NCBI GenBank assembly: GCA_905178155.1
Contig: CAJINV010000004.1
Location: 11,556,307-11,620,306 of the forward strand
Source: Amoebophrya sp. A120
Taxonomy: Eukaryota > Protista > Dinoflagellata
Reading direction: 5' to 3'
Length of the DNA stretch: 64,000 nt
Below, piece after piece: positions 57,679 to 64,000 of the stretch. The notes under the pieces were generated by a model. The model was not told the DNA's origin. It did not search any database and saw only the letters and a list, made by a program, of their open reading frames with translations. The position numbers and the translations under genes were made by a program. Every line of letters starts with the position of its first letter. The first letter of the stretch is position 1.

Positions 57679-60600
57679 ATGGAAGGCGCAACATCAAGTA
57701 CTGCAGTGGCGGGGACAGTGCTTCCAGCTACAGATCAGCCGGCGACTGAGCCTGGTGTCGCGGATGCAGCAACCTCTAAGGTAGACGAAGCAGGGGGACA
57801 CCAACAAGAGCAGCAGGCAGCAGCCACCGCCTCCTCCAAAGCGGCGGAAGTTCAGCCTACCGCAACCGAGCAAAGTAAAGATGCAGCCAAGACAACTATC
57901 AAATCACAGCAAAAATGTGTCTGGGTCTGGAATGAATTTGTTTTTGTGTTCGCCAAAAGCTTGCATGATCGCAGAGTGGCCGCTTGTACTGCGTAGCAGC
58001 ATCAGAAATTTTGCGAGACATGCTATTTTTGCAGGTTTATCGGTAAAACGCATGGCAAATGGGTTTCCAGCACGACAAAACAACTGGCCAATCGTTGTAT
58101 TCGTGCATTACGGATCTTGATGTTGTCCTCCTCCTTCAGGTCTCGCATCACAAATCCAGACCCATACACATTTTTTGCAATGCATGACCGCTTATCAAAT
58201 GCAAATATGTCTGGGTCTGGAAGATTGCCAGGTTTGTCATGCATATTTTGCATAACCCGTTATGCCTGTAATGCATGACCTAGCATCACAGATTTTTAAA
58301 GGGCCTTCTTATGCGTATTCCGCGTGAGAAATGCCCACTCCGTGTAGCACAAACTGAACTCCTCTTGCTGGTCATGCCATACAGACGGTTTTCGCTTCCA
58401 AAGACAGCATCACAAGTTGCAACCTTCCAGACCCAGACATATTTGCATTCCATACCGCTGCGGACGGACGAAAAATCTACGACGCAGATGAGCTGGAATC
58501 GTACGTGCGCGAGAATTATCCACTGCAAATTTATTTCGCTGGGGTTTGAAAAATTCGAGCTTGTCATGCTCTTTCTCACGCGCAGAAAAAGTCGGAACGC
58601 GTGAGCAGCGTCCGCTGTCAGTCGCATCCACTTTTGGAACATTGGCCACACTACGAAGAGAGGACTTCGCATGCAGAGTAGGCATATTTGCAGAGCTTCT
58701 CTTGGCGGGGTGGAAACTGCAATGCTTGCTCGACTCGGGATTTCGCACCCTGTACTTGGCTACGCAAAACGTGCATGACGAACTTCGGCACTTACTTACT
58801 TATGTTCCCGACCCAGACATACTCATTTTCAATCCATAAGAAGACGCGAATCGCGGCGGAAAAGGGGCAAAAGAACGCGATTGCCACCGTGAAGGAGGAA
58901 AAGGGAGCCGAGGGCGCGCTGGAGCGGTCCCTGATGGACGGGGACCAATTTCAGACCGAGATCGCGGTATCGTGAGAAAAAACTGTTTCACTGTGATGAT
59001 TTTGCAAGATCTGCATCACAAGTTTGCTACACATGACACGAAAAATTTGCAATGCGCGCTTTCCAATGGGAAACACACGCAAAAATGCAATGTGTTGCAG
59101 ATGTAGCAAGACAAGTCATTCTGTGTTCCATTCTATGCATCACAAGTTCACAGTGAAACAGTTTTTTCTTGCGATACGCGGAGAAGGGAGTACAATATCA
59201 GACATAGATAAACGCTGGCATGGCATATGATTTGTAGTGCAGAAATGAATTTTCAAGCGAAAAAATTGGCGAGCTCATAGCATGCTGTTTCAAGTACCAT
59301 GCAGGAGATGAGATCATTTTTTTGCGTCTTTTTTGTGCTTGCACGTACAATTTTGATTGCCGGCTGTCGCTTTTTTCTGTGTGATATCCAACCCGAGTCG
59401 TTCAAGACGGTATGCATTGCAAATGACGAGCGGTCTGTGTCTGGAACAATGGAAACCATGTGTTGTTTGACGTGGAACAATGCAAACCAACTTTATAACT
59501 GCGTGGTGCACGACGGTCCACCCCAAAAAAGTCGTCTTTTTTCTTATCAGTACTTACAAAAACTACGCGAATTCGCCATGCATAAGTAGTAGACGCAACT
59601 AGACCCAATTGCCTGGGAAAAAGTTCTCGTGCCTGGCTGGGCATTGCATTTGCAAAGTGCCTTCACGTAGTTCTTTCTGAATTTAGCATTGCAAGAACGG
59701 TGGTCTCCAGAGATGAACCCAGACTCGATATATTTGCAGTTGACAGACGGGGCGGTGGTACAAGTTTCTGAACTTTTCCGGGACCTGCTACGTGTACGTG
59801 CACAACCTGACGCGCGACATCACCGCGGTGCGCCCGGAAAATTTTACCGAGCCTACTGCGGAGGAGCTGGTATGGATTGCAAAAATGTCTGGGTCTGGAA
59901 AGTTGGAACTTGTGATGCTGCATTTGGATGACAAAAAAATCTGTATTGCATGAGCAGCAACAGGAGTCTAGTTTTTGCTACGCGGAGAGGGCATTCGTCA
60001 TGCGGACTAGGCATCAAGAATCCCTCAAACAACCTGTGATGCTAGGGCATGCATCACAGACATCATAGCTCATTCAAACCGTGCGTGACAAGGCTCGGAA
60101 CCTTCCAGACCCAGACATTTTTGCAATCCATAGCTGGAGCAGGAGCGCAAGAAGTATTGAAAGGAAAAACTCCCCCTCCCTATATTGAAAAGGTATGTTT
60201 CCGAAAATTAGTCTTGCTGATTTGAGGTCACAAATCACATTTGTCTTGCAAGAAGACAAGGGCAGAAGCTTCCGCCCCATTATGGAAGCGATTTGTCATG
60301 CTCTTGGGCCTAAAGGGGAGCCGTTTGCCATGCTGAACAACTAGACCAGGACGCCCCTACTTAGCATGGGGGTCTGACCGGAATGCCTCTCTGCAATACC
60401 GTACACAAATCCAGCATCAGAAGTTCCGTTTTGATATGGGGAGGGGGGATTTTTCCTTTCGATAAGAAGGGGTTGCCGCTCACGCTGGTGATCCCGGCCG
60501 AGCTGGACAAGATCGGGAGCCGAAAGAAAATCCCCCTGGTGTTATCAAAAGGAAAAATCCCCCCTCCCCATATCGAAAACGAAATTTGTGTTGCTGTATT

Positions 60601-62463
60601 TGAGTACACAAATCGAGTTGTATTGCTAGAAGGCCAAGAGACGCAGTCGTGGCCTCGTTTGTAGGCAATTTGCCATGCTGTTTCCCACTTCCACCTGCCT
60701 CCTGTCATATTGTAGCTGCAAGGCTTTTCCACGCCATACAGCACTACAGTCCGCACTTTTTCCCTTCCAGCATGACAACATGATTTGTGAACACAAATCC
60801 CGCATCACAGACTTCCATTTTGATATGGGGAGGGGGGATTTTTCATTTTGATAGGTGTTTTGCACGGAAGAGACGCAGGAAAAGATTCGCACCTTTATGA
60901 GCTACGGGCGCGGGCACGTGGTGGAAACCGGGATGCTGAAAAGAATTTCGGAATTCGGGATGGAGCACGCGATATCAAATGCAAATATGTCTGGGTCTGG
61001 GTGCAGACATTTGTGATGCAGTTTTTGCCTAGCCCAGATCTTCTGGCATGCAAGCCCTAGCATCGCAGATTCCGAGCAGGTACTTATCCCAATGCCTAAT
61101 CCGCATGACATTTTCTGTAGACAGGAAGTGGGGCCGTTTGCTGACCATGCATGACAGATTTTGCCGTGATGTAGAATTCGCATCACGAATTCGAATCCAC
61201 CCAGACCCCGACATATTTGCAACGCATATGCGAGAAAGGCCATCGTGAACGCGATGCGATACGGCATGTATTTGGTCATAGAAATCCCCCTTCACATCTG
61301 CGACTTCCGGGACAAGGTATGCATTCGCAAGTGGGAGGGCTACTTTCCGTACGCACAGCAAACAAGCTTAGTTACTTATGCCCCCGCGGGTGGTCTTCGT
61401 GAAGTTTCTTTTAGCGCATGAAACAGAGGGAGACGCTCAGGAGCTTGTGCACGACATTTCGCAAACAAAATAATGCCTGAGTCGAGCATTGCTAATTGAA
61501 ATTTTTGCATGACGAAGGCACAGACGGCGCGGGGGCATAATTGTATTGCATAATGCGATCGAGCTGTTCACCTTTAAGGGCTGCGACGACAATAATCCTG
61601 TGTTATCCAAGACAAGAAATATTCTATTATGTCGGTATTATGTTATGACACGTGCAACATGGTTGGGCATCAAGGTCCTACATCTAGGCTGTACAGTTGG
61701 GAAATGTCCTACTAGGCTGTATAAGTGTTTTGTTCGCGCATGGAAACAAGCCATTGCTGCAAAGAGCAAGAAACTTGCGCTACACGACAACTGCTTTTTT
61801 TTTGCTTGGATACTTGAAAAAGAAGATTTACCGGCCCGAATATCGAATGCAAATAAGTACTTACTTTCATGTCTGGGTCTGGAAAGTTGTGCTGCAAGTC
61901 TGTGAGGGACACGCAGGAGCTCCTCCATCCATATACAATTCCGATTCATGTCGGACAAGCATGACAAATGCAAATCTCGCAATCGTCCAGGCCCAGACAG
62001 AGACATTTTTTTTTTTCTGTGCACACCAAGGACATTGAGGCCAACCAGTACGTCGTTCGCAAGGGCTTTCAGGTTCTGCTTACCCTCTGCTACGACAGCC
62101 AGAACTACCAAATGAGTTCCATGCGGATGGACGAGTGTCGCACAAAAATATACGGAGCGCAAATGATAGCATTAGTGTTGGGAAGTGATCTTCCAGCGTG
62201 CTGCTAGTCCCCAAAGAAAAACCCACCTGTAGTCGCTTGCCTTTGCCTAGTCTTGTTGTGATGCAAGGCCGCACGGGGTTCTTGCATGCTTTCGGTATAA
62301 TACTTCAGATGCAGGACAAGACCGCGGCGCGCGGCAAATCCACGTCGTATGCTGCGACGTGTTTTCTTGGGGCTAGCAACAATCTCGAATATCACACAAA
62401 TCTTTTCCACTCTATCAAATACCGAACTTCGAACTGATGGAGGTCAGTCGGTGCCGCGGTTGA
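57679..62463 (+). CDS. ~367-aa protein with degenerate WW-like motif and a region resembling the IQANK1 C-terminal domain; 14 introners
   Basis: Spliced frame continuous (1,104 nt); GRWYKFLNFSGTCYVYVHNLTRDITAVRP; IPLVFC..ARKAIVNAMRYGMYLVIEI..FPIELF..GFQVLLT; start and last exon less certain. Confidence 0.65.
57897..58186. mobile_element. Diverged family A introner
   Basis: Imperfect TIRs; DR acaac/accgc. Confidence 0.8.
58193..58454. mobile_element. Introner family A
   Basis: TIRs; DR ccgct. Confidence 0.95.
58517..58838. mobile_element. Diverged family A introner
   Basis: Imperfect TIRs; DR agaat/agaag. Confidence 0.8.
58968..59176. mobile_element. Introner family G
   Basis: TIRs; DR cgcgg. 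Confidence 0.95.
59196..59386. mobile_element. Introner family N (diverged)
   Basis: tatcagacataga.../...tctgtgtgata; DR tacaa/tccaa. Confidence 0.78.
59411..59745. mobile_element. Diverged family A introner
   Basis: tatgcattgcaaat...atttgcagttgaca; DR gacgg. Confidence 0.85.
59871..60132. mobile_element. Introner family A
   Basis: TIRs; DR gctgg. Confidence 0.95.
60155..60464. mobile_element. Introner family I
   Basis: TIRs; DR agaag; similar to 45452 copy. Confidence 0.93.
60543..60853. mobile_element. Introner family I
   Basis: TIRs; DR ggtgt. Confidence 0.95.
60973..61228. mobile_element. Introner family A
   Basis: TIRs; DR cgcga/tgcga. Confidence 0.9.
61350..61552. mobile_element. 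Degenerate introner with subterminal ttatgcccccgcg / cgcgggggcataa inverted repeat
   Basis: Removal of element+5 nt joins YFP to IELF. Confidence 0.7.
61604..61812. mobile_element. Degenerate introner (family H-like)
   Basis: tatccaag...cttggata; DR decayed (tgtgt/cttga). Confidence 0.72.
61841..62025. mobile_element. Degenerate family A introner
   Basis: atgtctgggtctgg / ccaggcccagaca cores; DR ccgaa/ccaag. Confidence 0.75.
62151..62416. mobile_element. Probable highly degenerate introner
   Basis: DR aaata/aaata; internal ttgtgatgc motif; removal gives RTKI-PNFELMEV. Confidence 0.5.
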
Positions 62464-63419
62464 GCGAGAATATTTTTTTACACCGATGAGAATCTGCTCC
62501 AACATGAAGTAGAGCCACTCTATTCCATCCTGGATGACACACAGAACCAACTCCAACTACGCCATGCTATCACTGGATCATTGCAATTTTTATTTTTTTT
62601 CTGCCACAATCAGAGAATCACACGCCACATCTCCGAGCAAAAAATGACTTCGAGAAAGAAAACCTGACACAGATCCAAAGAAAAGAAATGACTCTGACGA
62701 CAGGACCAATTTTTTTTTTCAAAAAGGTAAGAAAATCGACTATCCTGTTTTCCTGCATGCACTATCTACGTCAAATTTGAAATCCAAGACTAAGAAAATC
62801 AAATTGATTGAATTCGATGATATCATATCATTTGTCATCAAAATATCTGTCTGATATGAGGAAAAGATATTTCTTTCTTTGCATGTCAGGATGTGGTTTC
62901 AAATTCAAAGATGGAAGTTGGATTATAAAATGTGTATCAATCTTATATCTCCTCTGGTCTTTCTATCGATCACCACATATTTCTATTAAATAATAATTTC
63001 CGATTGCATCATCTCTGAAGAAATTCTTTTCTTCTTTTCGTTAATTTTTCTTTGTTTCATATTATTTGGGATTCTTCATGTGGTTCTCTCCTATTTTCTT
63101 TGTTTCAAATTAGGATTCTTCATGTGATTTCTTCATTATCATAACAAACAAGAGATATTCGTTTGTTTATTCTTATTGGATACATGGAATCTGGGTGAAG
63201 ATTTTCTTCTCTCATGTATTTATAACGCTCTTTGAAAAAAAATTCATAACAAGAGATCATTCGATCATTCATGAAAGATATCTGAGAATCTTTTAGCTTC
63301 ATCTTGTGAGATCACATATCATACTAGCCTTGGCCTCCGTGTAACGAACTTAACACTAGGAGCTCGCATCACGTAGCTAACTCTTCCTGGTGTAACAAGA
63401 CCGCCCCACAACAAAAGCC

Positions 63420-64000
63420 CCTAGCTAGGGAGCGGGGCGGGGGAAGATTGGGGGGCGGGCCCCCCTGCGTTCCGCCTAGCGGGCGGGAGGGTGCGAAGCG
63501 GGGGACCCCTGTGTTACCGCAGGGGCGAGTGGAGCGGGCCCTCTGCCTAACCACGAAGAGGGGCGGGGGCCCCCTGCGTTCGTGGCCTGCGCCCGCAAGA
63601 GCGGGGGGTGGTGGCCCCCTGCTCCCTCTCCCTCTAGCGGGTGGGTGGGTGCGAAGGGGGGGCCCCCTGCCTTCCAAGCGGGCGACCGAACGGGGGGGGC
63701 CCCCCGGCGGGTGGAGGAGCAGGGCCGGCGGGAGGGAGTTGGGGGGCGGGGGCCCCCTGTGTTCCTTGGCGCGGCTGAGAGGGTGCGAAGCTGGGGCCCC
63801 CTGCGCCACCACGGACGGGGTTTCTTGGGGGCCCCTTCCTCGCCATGGAGAGGGGCGGGGCGGGGGGGCCCCCTGTGTTCGCGGCCTTGCTTTTGCGGCA
63901 AAGCTTTGGGATGGGGGCCGCCTGTGTTCCCCCTAGCTTGCCAGCAGGCGGAAGGGCGTGAAGCGGGGGCCCCCTGCCTTCCCTTGCGGGCGACCGACGG
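63420..64000. repeat. Very GC-rich low-complexity block with recurrent GGGGCCCC(CTG) palindromes
   Basis: About ten ggggcccc / gggccccctg motifs; abuts AT-rich 62.8-63.3 kb block. Confidence 0.6.

Noticed and set aside
22336-60132. CRISPR-like array of recurring ~30-nt repeats (atgtctgggtctggaag / cttccagacccagacat)
   Set aside because: Repeats occur as inverted pairs ~250 nt apart with 5-nt target duplications and irregular spacing inside eukaryotic exons; no cas genes
18082-61228. Many short ORFs sharing peptides such as CKNVWVWK, PDPDIFAF, FQTQTFLH, KCLGLE
   Set aside because: They are translations of the family A TIR in different frames, not a protein family
61317-61349. Apparent intron start at aag|gtatgcatt
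   Set aside because: Element+5 removal from here gives a stop; reading through as VCIRKWEGYFP and starting the element at 61350 keeps the frame
63369-63936. Gly/Pro-rich ORFs on both strands
   Set aside because: Arise from stop-poor G/C low-complexity sequence; no coding signature
1-64000. Autonomous transposase or reverse transcriptase mobilising the introners
   Set aside because: No DDE, tyrosine recombinase or RT motifs recognised in any ORF in this window

Overview
Eukaryotic, gene-dense DNA with every recognisable gene on the + strand. The dominant signal is about 71 short (145-440 nt) non-autonomous elements inserted in coding sequence. Most begin TAT and end ATA, carry terminal inverted repeats (TIRs) from at least a dozen families, and are flanked by a 5-nt direct repeat (DR). 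Removing the element plus one DR copy restores the reading frame at every junction checked, so they behave as non-canonical introns (introners). This matches the introner elements described in the parasitic dinoflagellate Amoebophrya (organism assignment is inference). Manual splicing gives a complete IFT20 (130 aa), one giant ~7,850-aa Thr-rich surface/secreted protein spanning 37.5 kb (52 introners, 3 GT-AG introns) and a ~367-aa protein with a WW-like and an IQANK1-C-terminal-like region. The first 14.5 kb hold a co-oriented cluster resembling an innate-defence island: a UPF1-like SF1 helicase fused to an ART/PARP-like domain, two Gig2-like ART paralogues, a second SF1 helicase (one in-frame TAA) and a nucleotidyltransferase. 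All calls are by eye; no database searches were run. Family letters A-N are my own labels.
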